From Octopus vulgaris (Eukaryota): a stretch of DNA of 64,000 bases. The notes below the pieces were generated by a model. That model made no database searches. It worked only from the letters and a program-made list of their open reading frames with translations, and was not told where the DNA came from. The DNA is taken from contig OX597814.1 in assembly GCA_951406725.2 (NCBI GenBank), forward strand, positions 131,006,001 through 131,070,000, read 5' to 3'. The position numbers were made by a program, and so were the translations under genes. Position 1 is the stretch's first letter; each line of letters starts with the position of its first letter. Of the stretch, positions 1 through 15,009 are shown piece by piece.

Positions 1-31
<31 letters not shown>

Positions 32-200
32 TGTGTCTGTGTCTGTGTGTGTACATACATATATATATGTCTCGTTCCCTATCGCCTTTCTCTCTATGTT
101 TATATATATATATATATATATAAACACAGAGAGAAAGGCGATAGGGAGTGAGACATAGATAGATAGACAGATAGATAGATAGACAGATAGATAGATAGAC

Positions 201-255
<55 letters not shown>

Positions 256-256
256 C

Positions 257-324
<68 letters not shown>

Positions 325-351
325 CTGCACATGTTTTTGTGTAGAATCTAC

Positions 352-429
<78 letters not shown>

Positions 430-900
430 GTCTACTTGCATATGTATGTATATATGTATGTACGTATGTATGCCTGAATGGTATGAACGTATGTATGTAT
501 GTATGTTCGTATGTACGTATGTATGCATGTATGTATATATGTGTGTGTGTGTGCGTGTGTGTATGTATGTATGTATGCATGTATGTATGTATGTATGTAT
601 GTATGTATGTATGTATGTATGTATGCATGTATGTATGTATGTTTGAATGAATGCATGTATGTGTTATTTAGTTTCATTTCCAATGAAGGAAGAGTCGGTA
701 TCTAGTTTAGATTCAACGTTTCTGCACCAGAATTTTAAAATCAACAAGGTAGTTCAGCATGTATGTATATGTGCTGTGTACTGATATATATATTAGCAGG
801 CTTTGACACGTGCATAAGTATATATATGCATGTATGTATGAATGTATGTATGAATGTATGTATGAATGTATGTATGGAAGGGTGGTTGGACGGATGGATC
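1..900. repeat. Compound microsatellite block (GT)n/(TA)n/(GATA)n/(TATC)n/(TATG)n
   Basis: Direct reading; explains the YLSI/YIHT/MYVC pseudo-ORFs. Confidence 0.97.
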
Positions 901-1239
901 TCAAAGCGACGAAAATGTTTTGGCAAATTAAATTTAAATGTAAATGTTGAAGTGAATCTAACGGTTTTTTTGTGCTTTTTAAATGGCTTATAAACACCTT
1001 CCACGCTGCAACTGTTTTCGTTCCAGCACACGATCTCTGATCAGGTCACTTGCTATGCATGTACATCTCTGTAAAAAAAATTACTGATGATAGTAATTTA
1101 GTACCTGCCACTGTTGTCGGTGCTATTCTTCAACTTTATTTTTCAAATAGTCTGTGGCTACAAATTTTCGTCTCTTTTAAACATTAGTTATTTCAGCGAA
1201 AGTCGACTACAACTTCCTGGTTGTAAATACGCGGATTCA

Positions 1240-1730
1240 AAAAGAAACTGGAATCAATCACAGCCGAATTATACTGCAGCCAACTAGACCTAATGATGTA
1301 GAAACTTACAAAAAACAGCCCAGATTAATCAACAGATCCACTCCTATTTAATTACAAGAGAACGCCAGACCACGCATCGCAAATATGACATTGGTGAAAC
1401 TACAGGATTTGGAGTTGGATGTTCTCCATCATCCACCATACTCACCTGATCTTGTCCCCACTAACTACCACTTCTTCCAGAATTTGGATAACATTTTGAT
1501 AAGAAACAATATAATTCCGACGATGCTGTAAAACAGGCCTTCCACGATTTTATTGACTCTAGATTGCGAAGCTTTTACAGTTCCGGGCTGGACAAGCTGA
1601 AACGGGAAAAGTGTATTGACAATATGGGTGCACACTTTGATGAATAAAACTATTCCATGTATTCATAAAACATTAGCAAACTTTTTTTCATCTACAAATT
1701 TCAAACACACTTCATGCTTGACAACCTAGT
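1240..1730 (+). mobile_element. Mariner transposase C-terminal remnant with right end
   Basis: Manual translation ITAELYCSQLD..QPRLINRSTP..LQENARP..LHHPPYSPDLVPTNYHFFQNLDN..EKCIDNMGAHFDE*, with stops/frameshifts; ends in ...GACAACCTAGTA (mariner TIR-like plus TA). Confidence 0.9.
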
Positions 1731-2550
1731 ATTCGCGATTCGAACTCTTTCTGTCATTACCCAACATGCATGACCATGAGCGTCCAGGATCTTTTAGCAA
1801 CAGCATAGCATCATTTTTCTTATCCCGAAAAGATGTAATCCCGAAAAGATAAAGTTGAGTTCGGCGGCATTTGAACTCAGAGGGATGAGAGTAAAATGAA
1901 ATCCCAAGAACGAAGTACGTCAACATCTCAACGCCGAAAAACACTTCTTAAATAGTTTTTTTAAACATTCTGTTTTTTTTTTTACTTACCGAGTCTTGAA
2001 CAATCTTCCAGGTACAACAAACAATATTACAATATAAAGTATTTGCGCGAATATGCTTTTTTTCCCCTTATTTTTGTGCTTCTCTTTTTCTTGCGTTCAG
2101 TTTTTACTATTTTTAATACATTTTTTATATTATATTTATGATGAATAAAGATATATATGAACATATATATATACACACACACACACAAACACACACATAT
2201 ATTGCACACGTATGCACTCGTACATGAATATACACTTATACACATATATATGAACATATATATATACCCACACACACATGCATACACACACGCACATATG
2301 TGTGTGCTTGCGTGTGTGTGTATATATATGTATGTATGTTTGTATGTATATATATATTTACATATACATACGTACATTGCCTACATATACACTCGTGCTT
2401 ACATATACACTCACACACACGTATGTACGCACGTACGTATGTATGTATACACGCACGTTTGTATAAATATATGGATGGATGGATGGATGGATATCTGCAT
2501 GCACATATGTATGTACGTATGTACGAACGTGTGTGTGCGTGTGCGTGTGT

Positions 2551-2616
<66 letters not shown>

Positions 2617-2905
2617 GCATGTGCGCGTATAGTACACGGTAATATTGATTTTCAAACTTCACTTGTGCATATATAGTTTGTACTTGCTGGAATAATTTGC
2701 TTTGTATAATCATCCTTCCGTGTGCGTAATTGCTATGGTGGGGTGGAGGAGGGAGAGATGAAGCAGATGCTGCTCTCACAAACATACAATGATACATCCA
2801 AAATCGGTGCGTCGTTCAACTGACCCGTAAACCAATATATATATATATATATAACGATCTATCTGTCGTTATCTATCTACATTATTATCAATATTTATAT
2901 ATCTC

Positions 2906-3337
2906 AAGGCGGCGAGCTGGCAGAAACGTTAGCACACCGGGTGAAAAATGCTTAGCAGTATTTCGTCTGCCGTTAAATTCTGAGTTCAAATTCCGCCGAG
3001 GTCGACTTTGCCTTTCATCTTTCCGGGGTCGATAAATAAAGTACCAGTTATGCACTGGGGTCGATGTAATCGACTCAATCACTTTGTCTGTCCTTGTTTG
3101 TCCCCTCTGTGTTTAGCCCCTTGTGGGCAATAAAGAAATAAGAAACGTTAGCACGCCAGGCGAAATGCTTAGCAGTATTTCGTCTGTCTTTATGATCTGA
3201 GTTCAAATTCCGCCCAGGTCGACTTTACCTTTCATTCTTTCGGGGTTGATGAATTAAGTACCAGTTACGTACTGGGGTCGATCTAATCGACTGGCCCCAT
3301 CCCACAAAATTTCGGGCCGATGCCTAGAGTAAAAAAG
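2906..3337 (+). mobile_element. tRNA-headed SINE family A, head-to-tail dimer with 16-bp TSD
   Basis: A-box-like GAGCTGGCAGAAACGTTAG, B box GAGTTCAAATTCC, central GCCTTTCATC..GGGGTCGATAAA..GTACCAG domain; TSD AATATTTATATATCTC at 2890-2905 and 3338-3353. Confidence 0.9.
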
Positions 3338-3517
3338 AATATTTATATATCTCTTTCTCCTTTCTCACTGTCTATCAGTCTCTCTCTCTCTCTTTTTCTT
3401 TCTTTCTCTCGCATACACGCGCGCGCACCCCACCCCCACACACGCATACACAGTCTCTTCTCCCTTCCTCTATCTGACTCTTCTCCACAACTAAAATATA
3501 TCCACTTATTCTCTTCT

Positions 3518-3750
3518 TATGTCTTTACTGCCCACAAGGGGCTACACACAGAGGGGACAAACAAGGACAGACAAACGGATTAAGTATATTATATCGACCC
3601 CAGTGCGTAACTGGCACTTACTTAATCGACCCCGAAAGGATGAAAGGTAAAGTCGACCGTGGCGGAATTTGAACTCAGAACGTAGCGGCAGACGAAATAC
3701 CGCTAAGCATTTCGCCCGGCGTGCTAACGTTTCTGCCAGATCGCCGCCTT
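3518..3750 (-). mobile_element. SINE family A with TSD ATTCTCTTCT
   Basis: Reverse complement of the family A consensus; TSD at 3508-3517 and 3751-3760. Confidence 0.9.
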
Positions 3751-4249
3751 ATTCTCTTCTGTTAACCTAACTAGCACCCTACCCAAAACTACCTTGGTTA
3801 ACTCCACCTGCCTATTGTTCATAGTGTGTTACACTAAAATTCTTAAGCTACATGAACATGTAATAGTTAAAGCCGGATCGATTTCGTCAGTCTGTGAGAG
3901 TCAGGAAAAGTAAGGCTATGTATAGTCATTGTACTCCTAGAACTGAAATACAAAGAAAAACATTGTTTTACCTTAAATTCTGATGGTCTAGGTAAAACCA
4001 TGAATTTAGTTTGTAAATAGAAGGCATAAACGGCCGAGATGTATGAAGTGGTTAAACGAAGAGCAATTCAACGATGGAACTTATACATGAACATTTAACC
4101 GACGAAAAGCAGCTAAAACTCTCTCAGTTGCAGTTTTTAAAAGAGAAATATCAAAAGAGAATAATGTTACGACTGGGGTGTCTTTGCGAAAAGATCTGCT
4201 TGGTCAGGGCCAAAGTAAGTCTAAACAAGAACAGAAAAATTAACACCAA

Positions 4250-4850
4250 CAAAAATAGGTAATGTATCCAGGAAGAGAGAGAAGTGAAATAACTAAATTC
4301 GTTACCATCGGTTCGGTCATCCTACACACCTTTTGCTGTGATCTTGAATCTTGAGAAGGAATCGAAAAGAATTCGATCGCAAATAAAAGCAGACGAAATA
4401 GGGTTCTTTAGAAGAATTGCTGGCGTAAAGTTACACGTCAGGGAGTGTAGCTCGGAAATCAAGATGTCGCTCCACGTCGATTCACTACCTTTACGCATTG
4501 AGAGGTGACAGTTCCTGCACTATTGGCATGTGGTTAGTATTGTCAGAAGGAAAAAATCATTAGACCGTCGTTACGTGCTAAGCCAAACGGTAAGAAGACC
4601 TTGGGCTAGATCCGTGTGCGAGATGGTTGGATTCTAGCTATAGCTTTGGTCAAATCTGCTTTGGAATTCATCTGGAACACTTTGCTGATTCTTGCATCTG
4701 TGAAGACTCTCTGGAGGAGATGTCTGAGGAATCTTCTCCACGACTCCTGCAGCAATAGTGAGCTATGAATAGGTGGATCAAGGGATGGCCTGATGGATGC
4801 ACGGACAAACGGACGGACAGACAAACAGACGGACGGCTGGATGGATGGAC
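4250..4850 (+). mobile_element. RTE-clade LINE 3' fragment with (GGAT/GGAC)n tail
   Basis: Decayed translation IRSQIKADEIGFFRRIAGV..SSEI..SLHVDSL.LRIER.Q..Y.HVV..KPNGKK..G..RWLD, typical of the RTE C-terminus. Confidence 0.75.
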
Positions 4851-5852
4851 AAGTACAGTATTAGGCTAAAATTCTTAAGTTGTAATAGTTCTTCTCTCTC
4901 ATAGAACACATTATATTCGTAGGGGGGCTGGTATGTTTGATTATCGGAAGTTTTTGGAAAGTTTGGATACTGAGCACAATATCCCAAAACACAAAATTTT
5001 AAAAACATCTATTTATTTTAGGAGGTAGGTAAAGAAAGAGAGAAAGAAAAAGAAAGAAAGAAAGAAAGAAAGAAAAAGAAAGAAAGAAAGAAAGAAAGAA
5101 AGGAAGAAAGAGGGGAATGAATGAATGAATGAATGAATGAAGGAAGGAAGGAAGGAAGAAAGGAAGGAAAGAAGGAAAAGGGAAAAGGAAAATAAGAAAG
5201 AGTGAAGAAGTTCTAAGAAATAGAATGTTTTGCTGAGCAGGCTGGAGATTCAATTAGTTTTATGGAAAGATTTTGTGTTCATTAGACAGGTGTGTGAAAG
5301 CTAATAAGAAAATATATGGTTGTTATTGTTGTGAATACAGAATTGTGAAAGCATAGAAAACATGAAGTGAGAAGTAGGAATGAATAATTGCAAGAGAGGA
5401 GCGTGAAGACTAGAAAGAAGAAAGTATATTTAATAGATGGGAGTATAAAGTCGAATAAGTAAGATTTATGACATCGTAACTGACAGTCTAGAGAAAGGGG
5501 AAAAAAAGTGAAAAAGAGAAGTGATTGTATTCAAGTATATAGAGTGCCGAATAATAACGGAAGGGAGAAATAGAAATATATATGGAGCTTACAGCAATAT
5601 AAAGATGTGAAAGGTACGAGAAAATGCGAAGTGGAGAGAGACATTTTGGAGTACAGAGAAAGCAGCTGATCATTGATTAAATAAAAAAAAAAAACATAAT
5701 ATAGTGAAAATAAAGTTAAAAGGTATACAAGCTTCAATGGCCAAATAGAAGAACTTGAATTTGCCTATTAAATCTCATATGTTAAACTATTTTTATCGTA
5801 CTGTATGTCATACTATATTCAGGCAATGATCAACTGTTTCCTCTCAACTGCC

Positions 5853-5891
<39 letters not shown>

Positions 5892-5934
5892 ACACATATA
5901 TATATATATACACAAACATACATACATACATACA

Positions 5935-5969
<35 letters not shown>

Positions 5970-6241
5970 TTATATATTATATTAAATTAGAGACATATAT
6001 ATATTTATATATATATTTATATATATATATATGTACGTATGTATACATGTATGCATGTATGTATGTGTGCATATATATTTATGTGCATGTATATATATAT
6101 TCTTGTTAATCCGTCTTTCTATTTTCCCTTTCTTTTATTCTAGAACACTCCGTAAAGTTAAATATTTTCACCCGTCCATCTCTCCTTCTTTGTATCTATC
6201 TCTCTCTCTCTCTCTCTCTCTCTCCTTCTTTTCTTCTTTTT

Positions 6242-6284
<43 letters not shown>

Positions 6285-6429
6285 GTTGGCTACTTCATCA
6301 AAAACCTTGCGCATTCTTTTTCGTCTTCTCACTCTTTTCTAATATATATATATATAATCTTTCCTAGTCTCGCGCTCTTCTCCCGAACAAATACACCTAC
6401 TTCTTTCTTTTCCATTACACTAATTTTAC

Positions 6430-6472
<43 letters not shown>

Positions 6473-7049
6473 TCACTCTCTTTCTCTCTCCAACTCTTCT
6501 CTGCATTTAGTCCAATTTCTTACATAATACCAACACTACCACTTCCAATTTCCTTTCACATTCCCCATTAATAAATGCAACTGATAAAGCCATATTGTAT
6601 CCACCGGCATCGTGTGAAATATCTACATCCTATTACTTATTCTGTCATATCTTTCCTTTATCCTCTCTTTTTTTCTTTCTTTCTTGCTTACTTTCCTTCT
6701 CTATCCACTTTTCATATTTCTTTATAGTCCCTATTCATTCTATTCTGTAAGTATCTCTTCCTGCTCTTTCTCTCCGTGTGCTCCCGCTTTCTCTTTGCCT
6801 CCTTTCGTAGTTTTCCTCGCTCTATCTGTAGCCTTTATATCTAAACACTTTATCAAACGTAACATATTTTAAGTATTATACATTTTTAACAGTCTGAATA
6901 TTAGTACACACTCATAAGCCAAATGCTTATCATCTATATAAGCATGATTTAAAGCATAGCCTGCAATAGAAGTGAAAAGCGTTAACGGAAAACTAGGAGT
7001 AAAGATGGTGCACAATCTTAGCTTTAATTACTATAGTTGTTGTAGTTGA

Positions 7050-7530
7050 CTTCTTCTTCTTCTTTTTCTTCTTCTTCTTCTTCTTCTTCTTCTTCTTCTT
7101 CTTCTTCTTCTTCTTCTTCTTCTTCTTCTTCTTCTTCCAATCAGGCTTTGCTACAAAGAACAATCTCTAATTCGAGCCTACTCTAAGCTACAAAGAATGC
7201 GTGCGGCAACTTGAAGATCCACCCACCACACGCAATAGAGTGGTGGTTTCACGGGCGCAAAATCTACGCTGTTATCCTCATTCCGTAAACGGGTGGAGAA
7301 CTGAACCATACTGGGGTACAGAGGATTCGCAATCTAGACTAGGGTCTGAAAGTTTACCACGCCATAATGGGTTACACCATGGTTCCTCTGCTTTGTGGCA
7401 GAAGTAGGAAGAAAGAGTGAAAGAAAGTTGTGGTGAAAGAGTACAGCGGGGTTCAACACTGTTGTTGTTGTTGTTGTTGTTGTTCTGCTTCTTCTTCTTC
7501 TTCTTGTTCTTCTTCTTCTTCTTCTTCTTC

Positions 7531-7620
<90 letters not shown>
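7050..7620. repeat. (TTC)n/(TTG)n/(TTA)n arrays enclosing a SINE family D-related fragment (about 7140-7460)
   Basis: Direct reading; GAAAGTTGTGGTGAAAGAGTACAGC is shared with 32160-32190 and, reverse-complemented, with 18740-18775. Confidence 0.7.
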
Positions 7621-8038
<418 letters not shown>

Positions 8039-8060
8039 AAGAAAGATAGATAGATAGATA

Positions 8061-8520
8061 AGTTTCTTTATTGGCCACACAGGGCTGCACACAGATGGGA
8101 CAAGTTACAAGGTAGAGCTTTTCTTTTGGGGGGATGAAAAAAAGGGGGTGGCGTAGGTTTTCGATCAAGAGGGATCGTAAAAGGGAAGAAAAGAACAAAA
8201 AAAAAATGAAAAAAAAATAGAATAAAAAATAAAAAGAATAAAAGAAAAGAAAAAAAAAGAAAGGGAAAAGGAACAAAAGAAAAAAGAAATGAAAAAAGAA
8301 GAAAAAGGGGGGAAAAAGGGGAAGAGGAAAAAAAAAGGAACGATCAATAGGGATCGTGTATCACAGTGTTATGATATATGGTGTAAAGGGGAAAGCAAAT
8401 AAGGTTTATCCGTGGGAAGAAAAGCCTACGAAAAAGACCACGGTAACCTTGGTCAATATTGTTATATGTTACCACATTTGTTTGCAAGTGGGTAACCCTC
8501 TGTTTTCAATTTCTGGGTTC
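8061..8520 (-). mobile_element. Tx1/L1-like LINE 3' UTR fragment embedded in (GATA)n
   Basis: Homologous to 9639-9990; AATAAA then directly (TATC)n on the minus strand; GATA arrays at 7916-8060 and 8521-8616. Confidence 0.8.
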
Positions 8521-8616
<96 letters not shown>

Positions 8617-8854
8617 CATTAGATTAGATTAAATAGATAGACATGTATGCTTACTAAAGTTTACAATTCTAAAAATTGGTGTTGTTGTTCATGTTGTGTC
8701 ATTTTATATCCCCTAATTTGGCATTTCAACAAGTAGATATCGATAAAATAAATAACAAACTGAAAGGCGTGGATGTGATCGATTAAACCAGTTCTTATAA
8801 CAGAAACTAGAAAAAATAAAAGAATATTGATTTTTTTGTTTTTTTGTTAATCTA

Positions 8855-9225
8855 TATGGTTAGAAAGCTCACTTTTGCAGCCATATAATTTTGTATTTAG
8901 TCCCACAGCGCAAGTGTCTTCTATTACAGCCCTGGGCCGACTAATGCGTAGTTAGTGAATGTAGTTTTCAGAGACTGTGTGGAATCCCATGGTATATATG
9001 CGTATGTTTTTGTGCTGGTATTTGTACCCCCCCTCCACCACTTGATGATTACTGTTGGTTTCTTTATGTGCTCGTAACTTAGCGATTCGACAAAATATTC
9101 CGATAGAATAAGCGTCCGACTTTAAAATAAGCACTGGAATCAACAAGCTTCGTAAAACCTTTTTATGGTAATACTCCAGTATGGCCGCAACCCAATGACT
9201 GAGACAAGTAAAAGATAAAAGATAA
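8855..9225 (+). mobile_element. SINE family B, degenerate
   Basis: CAAGTGTCTTCTATTACAGCC..GTAACTTAGCGATTCG..CCAGTATGGCCGCA..(GTAAAA/GATAAAA) tail. Confidence 0.8.
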
Positions 9226-9227
9226 AC

Positions 9228-9473
9228 AGGCGCAGGCTTGGCTGTGTGGTAAGAAGCTTGCTTCTCAACCACATAGTTCTGGGTTCAGTTCCACTGCTTG
9301 ACACCTTGGGCAAGTGTCTTCTACTATAGCCTTGGGCTGACCGAAGCCTTGTAAATGGAAACTGAAAGAAGCCTGTCGTGGGTGGGTGTGTATAGATAGA
9401 TAGATAGATAGATAGATATATAGATAGATAGATAGATAGATAGACAGACAGATAGACAGACAGTCAGACAGAC

Positions 9474-9508
<35 letters not shown>

Positions 9509-9565
9509 CAGACAGAAAGACAGACAGACAGACAGACAGTCAGACAGACAGTCAGACAGACAGTC

Positions 9566-9616
<51 letters not shown>

Positions 9617-10405
9617 TAGATAGATAGATAGATAGATATGTTTCTTTATTAGCCACACAGGGCTGCACACAGATCGAACAAATTACAAGGTAGAGCTTTT
9701 CTTTTGAAGGTTTAAAAAAATAAAAAAAAAATAATAATAATAATAAAATAAATAATAAAATAAAATAAAAAAGGGGGGTCGATCAAAAGGGATCGTAAAA
9801 GGAGAGAAAGAGGACAAAAAAAGGGGGGGTTAAAAAAAAAAAAGGGGGAGGAAAAAAAATTGATCAATAGGGATCGTTATCACAGAAATGTCAATATGAA
9901 GTGTAAAGGGGAGGACAGGTGAAGTTTACCCGTGGAAAGAAAAGCCTACGGAAAAGACCACGGTAACCTCGGTCAATGAAGTCACATGTTATATTTCTTT
10001 TTTTTTTTTTTTTTTGCAAATAAGCAACTCTCTGTATTAATTTTTACGTTTCATAGAATCATAGTCAAGGTGGCTTCGTCATTCATACGTGCCATCCTTG
10101 CTACATTCACCCATCTTTTTTTAAAACATTCACTAGACAAAACTTGCCTCTCTACTCTCACTTTTTTCTTCAAGTGATACTTGAAGAAGTTGATGAGAGA
10201 TTGACCAGAGAGGAAAGTGTTTGTCTCTAATCCTTTCAGACGCGTCCACCAGATACATTCTTTCGCCATAGCCACAAGTATGATAAAAATAGCTCTTCCT
10301 TCCCGTTTGAAGGAAGGAGGCGTGACGATATTAACGATAGACTCGGCGGATAAACCGACACGTCCCACACGTGACAGCAGTCGTTCGACATAAGCCCACA
10401 GGTGG

Positions 10406-10437
<32 letters not shown>

Positions 10438-10755
10438 CAAACATACATGTACACACACACACATATATGTATGTATATATTTAATTGTGTGTGTGTGTTT
10501 GCCCACCACCACCACCACCACCACCACCATCACTTGACGCCCGATGTTGGTGCGCTTACGTCCCAGTAACTTAACGTTTCAGCAAATGAGACCGATACAG
10601 TAAGTACTAGGCTTACAACGAATAAGTCCTGGGTTCAATTTTGTCCGACTACCCCCCCCCTCCGCCTTAAGGTGGTGCTCCAGCATGGCCGTAGCCAAAT
10701 GACTGAAACAAGTAAAAGAATAAACGAATAAAAGAATAGAAGAATAGAAGAATAA
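9228..10755 (+). mobile_element. SINE family B (tRNA head, CORE-like domain) split by a Tx1-like insertion in its internal microsatellite
   Basis: 5' half 9228-9390 (GGCTGTGTGGTAAG, GGGTTCAGTTCC, CACCTTGGGCAAGTGTCTT); 3' half about 10490-10755. Confidence 0.85.
9639..10409 (-). mobile_element. Tx1/L1-clade LINE, 5'-truncated (ORF2 C-terminus plus 3' UTR), in a (GATA/GACA)n array
   Basis: ORF 10051-10533 core HLWAYVERLL..ILVAMAKECIWWTR..FKKRWV resembles the Tx1/L1 ORF2 region after the CCHC motif; AATAAA at the 3' end; GATA repeats on both sides. Confidence 0.82.
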
Positions 10756-11904
10756 TCAAATCTGCTTCATCGGTTGCACCGTACAAAAACTGGTTTTACT
10801 TCCCCTCTCGGTCAGGTACAGAGAGAGTAAATGTCCAAAGGAAATTGTTCCCCGTATCTGCTTAATGTCTCAAAAATAACGTTCATTATCGACCAATGGT
10901 TTCCATGTGAAAGGGGTGAGTGTGTAGATTAACCTTGGTTTTAACTGAGGAGCGTTCGTTCCTCAGGGGAAAATGTACGTTTCATCTGTTTAACGCCTCA
11001 GTAACTGGATTTTAAGTTCCGACAGTGAGAGTCATCAGATCTGTGGTGTTTTCGCATAAAGAATTCTGATCCCAATATTGTTTTTAAGTTGAAAATGAAC
11101 AGGGTGTAAAAGGATGCAGGGGGGGGGGCAGAGGGGTTTGACGCTAAGAATAAAACAAAAACAACGCCTATATTAACAAAGTGGTTTATAGAAGTACTTA
11201 AATTTAATGGACCGTGTGTGCACTGTTTTAGATAAAGAAGGATACAGATGGCGATTGTAGTTCAGTGGTTAGATATACATTACATATTTAGGGCAACAGA
11301 GAAATTCTCTAGAGGAAAGATGAAAGCTTCGCAAAGGACATTTTCGCTCATATTTCTTGATAAATGGTAATAAATAACCATTACATCCATCGGCATCTAA
11401 CACATCTAGTCCTCACTTACCCTACTTCTCTCTCTCTCTCCTTCCCTCTCTCTCTCTTTCTCCCTCTCCCTCTCTCCCTCTTTCTCCCTCTCTCTCTCTT
11501 TCTCGCTCTCGCTTTCTTTCTTTGTGTCACCCGAACTCTGTGCATACCAGAGTCTTCTCTCTCTCTCTCTCTCTCTCTCTTTAAAACATCATTAGCTGTG
11601 ACCCCTTCCCACGCTCTCAAACATTTCTCTTCGTCATCTTCAATTAAATAATAGGATTTTACAAAAATACATAAAATACACTCACCATAATAATCTGAAA
11701 AACAGAAGATAGGAGAAAATCGAGAACAGGTCTGCGGGCCACAATTGTGGCAGTCGCGAGCAACCCCATCCTATCCTATCAGTATTTAACACTACGTCAT
11801 TGTATGTGTCCTTAAAAACCATCAGTAGGATGGGACTTGAAAAGGAATTAGCTGCTCTTTCTTTCAAGTCAGTTGATTACATGAAAATTCCTTTTACATT
11901 TTAC

Positions 11905-12075
11905 TTATAATATTTTTCAGTCGTAAACTGCGGCCATGTTGGGGCAGCGCCTTAAAATATTTTTAGAATGAATATTTTTTTTAAAGCCTTGTACTTATTC
12001 TATCGATCCCTAACCGCTAGGTTACTGGAACGTAAAAAACACAACGCCGTTTGTCAAGCGATTGTGGGAGACATA

Positions 12076-12120
<45 letters not shown>

Positions 12121-12145
12121 ACACACACAAACACACATACATACA
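11905..12145 (-). mobile_element. SINE family B 3' half
   Basis: CTGCGGCCATG..TACTTATTCTATCG..ACCGCTAGGTTAC similarity. Confidence 0.7.
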
Positions 12146-12369
12146 TTCTGCGGTCAAATCTTACCATTGCTGATAAAATAAACTATTGGTAATAGAGCAA
12201 AGTCAGATTTAGTTAACTTTAATCGTCCCTCTGACAATCGAGCAATGTTAAACATCTGCGCAACTACGTATGTGATGTAACGGTAAAGTTCAGTAGAACT
12301 GAAGAATAGAATTCCTGGTGGGATCTAGTAGTGTACCTCACGTTCTGAATTCAAATAATAACGAAGGCG

Positions 12370-12783
12370 CAGGGCCAGCAAATTTAGGGTAGGGGGCAAA
12401 TCGATTGTATCGACCCCTAGTGTTCAACTGGTACGTACTGTATTAACTTCGAATGGGTGAAAGACAAGGCTGTCCTCGAAAGAATTTGAATTTCGAACGT
12501 AGAGACGGTCGAAGTGTTCTAAGCATTTACCTCAGTGGGCTATCGACTCTGCCAATTCGCTGATTAAATGTTGATTTAAAATTTTGGCACAAAGCCAGCA
12601 AAGTTCTGGAGTTGGGTAAGCCGAATACGTCCATCTCAGCGCTCAGCTGGTATTTAATCGACCTTGAAAGGATGGTAAGCAAAGTCAGCCTCGGAAGAAT
12701 TTGAATTCAGAACGTAAAGACGGACGACACGCCACTAAGCATCTTGCTCGGAGAGCTTACGATTCTGCCAGTTCGCCGCCTTA
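12370..12783 (-). mobile_element. Two adjacent degenerate SINE family A copies
   Basis: GAATTTGAATTCAGAACG and CTGCCAGTTCGCCGCCTT motifs. Confidence 0.75.
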
Positions 12784-12875
12784 TACTAGTTAGATATTGA
12801 GATTGATTTCACATTAATCAACTCCACACTCAGTTATCCAACAAGTATCTATATCATATTTAATTTTTAAAAAAA

Positions 12876-13202
12876 AGGAGCACTCCGTCGATTGCGACGA
12901 CGAGGGTCCCAGCTAATACGATCAACGGAACAGCCTGCTCGTGAAATTAACGTAGATGTGGCTGAGCACGCCACAGACACGTGTGCCCTTAATGTAGTTC
13001 TCAGGGAGATTCAGCGTGACACAGAATGTGACAAGGCTGGCCCTTTGAAATACAGGTACTACTCATTTTTGCCACCTGAGTGGACTGGAGCAACATGAAA
13101 TAAAGTGTCTTGCTCAAGGACACAACGCGTCGCCGGGAATTGAACTCACGACCTTACGATCGTGAGCCGAACGCCCTAACCACTAAGCCACGCGCCTTCA
13201 CA
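12876..13202 (-). mobile_element. tRNA-headed CORE-type SINE family C
   Basis: Minus strand GGCGCGTGGCTTAGTGGTTAGG (A box), GAGTTCAATTCC (B box), GTGTCCTTGAGCAAGACACTT (CORE-like); second copy at 18018-18345. Confidence 0.88.
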
Positions 13203-13672
13203 CATAATTAATATTATGGAAGTGTTTAAAAGTATTTCAAAGCTTTTCGACTCCAGCAAGTAGAAGACATAGAAAAGGCGTACAGAAAAAAAGTTACACA
13301 AAAAAGATATGAATGCATAAAAGAAGTCCACCTCTGCTTCCCCACCCCCACCACCACGCACATTCTCCCGCTCTCTCTCTCCTTCTTTCTTCCTTTCTTT
13401 CTTTCTTTCTTTCTACCTTTCCCTCTAAATCCATTACGTATTGAGAAAGGGCATAGGCAACGACTTAGAGTAGTACTTACTCCAGAAGTAAAAAGTACAG
13501 GGCAAGGGTCTTCCAACTTTTCCTCGTTGAAAGACTCCTATCTTCCTGATATGCTCCAAAGTCTCCCCAATGTGCAAAACATCATAGGACGACCTAATGG
13601 GACCATCTCGAGCGTCAAACTGCTTGTTGTTTATACATCTGTCTTCGTCTTTTGTTTTTCTGTAAATTTCAG

Positions 13673-13707
<35 letters not shown>

Positions 13708-13898
13708 GAGAGAGAGTTGTATTAAGGACCTATAAACCTTTAAGGGATGCTAGCATCCTAGTTCTTCAGTTTATACCAGCGTTCATATGACATGCAGACA
13801 TCACCTTATTTAAAGACATTCAAAAATGGATTTGAATATCTTTGAATAAGATGATGTCTGCATGTCAATTTCTCCATTTTATTCCATTTGTCATTCAT

Positions 13899-13963
<65 letters not shown>

Positions 13964-14189
13964 TGTATGTATGTATATGCATAAATGTATTATGTATTTA
14001 CGTATGTATATATGTGAGTGTGTGTGTGTTTATGTATATAGATATTACATATGAATACACACACCCAGCGCACACATGCCCTACATACATATATATATAT
14101 ATACATATAATTATATATATAATAATAATAATATAAATAATATATATGCATATATACGTACGTATATGTACTTGCGTATATACATATGC

Positions 14190-14490
14190 ATATATAGACA
14201 CAGGACGTAAACAACATAAAAGAAAAACGAAAACATGAGATACGAAATACGAATACATGGATATGAACTTTTTTTTTTTTTTTGGCAACAGCGAACGAAG
14301 CAAATGGAAAGCGAGACAAGTTACATGACAAACGACTCTTCATCAATTGTCAGCTGTCCATCTACTCCTCATTTCGAGCATTGAACAACAATATGAGTCT
14401 TCGAAGGGCAGTTGCTCCCTCAAACGAAAATAAAATTTGGGATTTCGGAGGTTCAAGGTAAGTAACAAAAATATTTTGTGACGTCCTGTA
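14190..14490 (-). mobile_element. Short (TA)n-flanked non-autonomous repeat, related to 32420-32790 and probably 22505-22820
   Basis: Shared TCGAAA...GGAGTAGATG...GACAA.(T/A)GA(T/A)GAAG motif and TTTTCGTTT/GTCCTGT ends. Confidence 0.55.
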
Positions 14491-14584
14491 TCCATATATG
14501 CATATATGTGTGTGTGTGTGTGTGTGTGTGTACATATACATATTTCTATGCATATATATATATATATATATACATATTTATGTA

Positions 14585-14651
<67 letters not shown>

Positions 14652-14658
14652 GTATATA

Positions 14659-14743
<85 letters not shown>

Positions 14744-14870
14744 CTCTCTTCTTTGGACTTTTTCTATATTCCTCTTTTCTTTCCTTTTCTGAGCGTCCAA
14801 TAACACTGTACTTATTTCACGTCCTCACATTGTTGCTTTTTCTTGCTTGTTCATGTCTAGATTAACTATA

Positions 14871-14947
<77 letters not shown>

Positions 14948-14956
14948 CTCTCTCTA

Positions 14957-15009
<53 letters not shown>

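Noticed and set aside
1240-1650. SETMAR-like host gene
   Set aside because: Stops and frameshifts, no SET domain; a transposon relic
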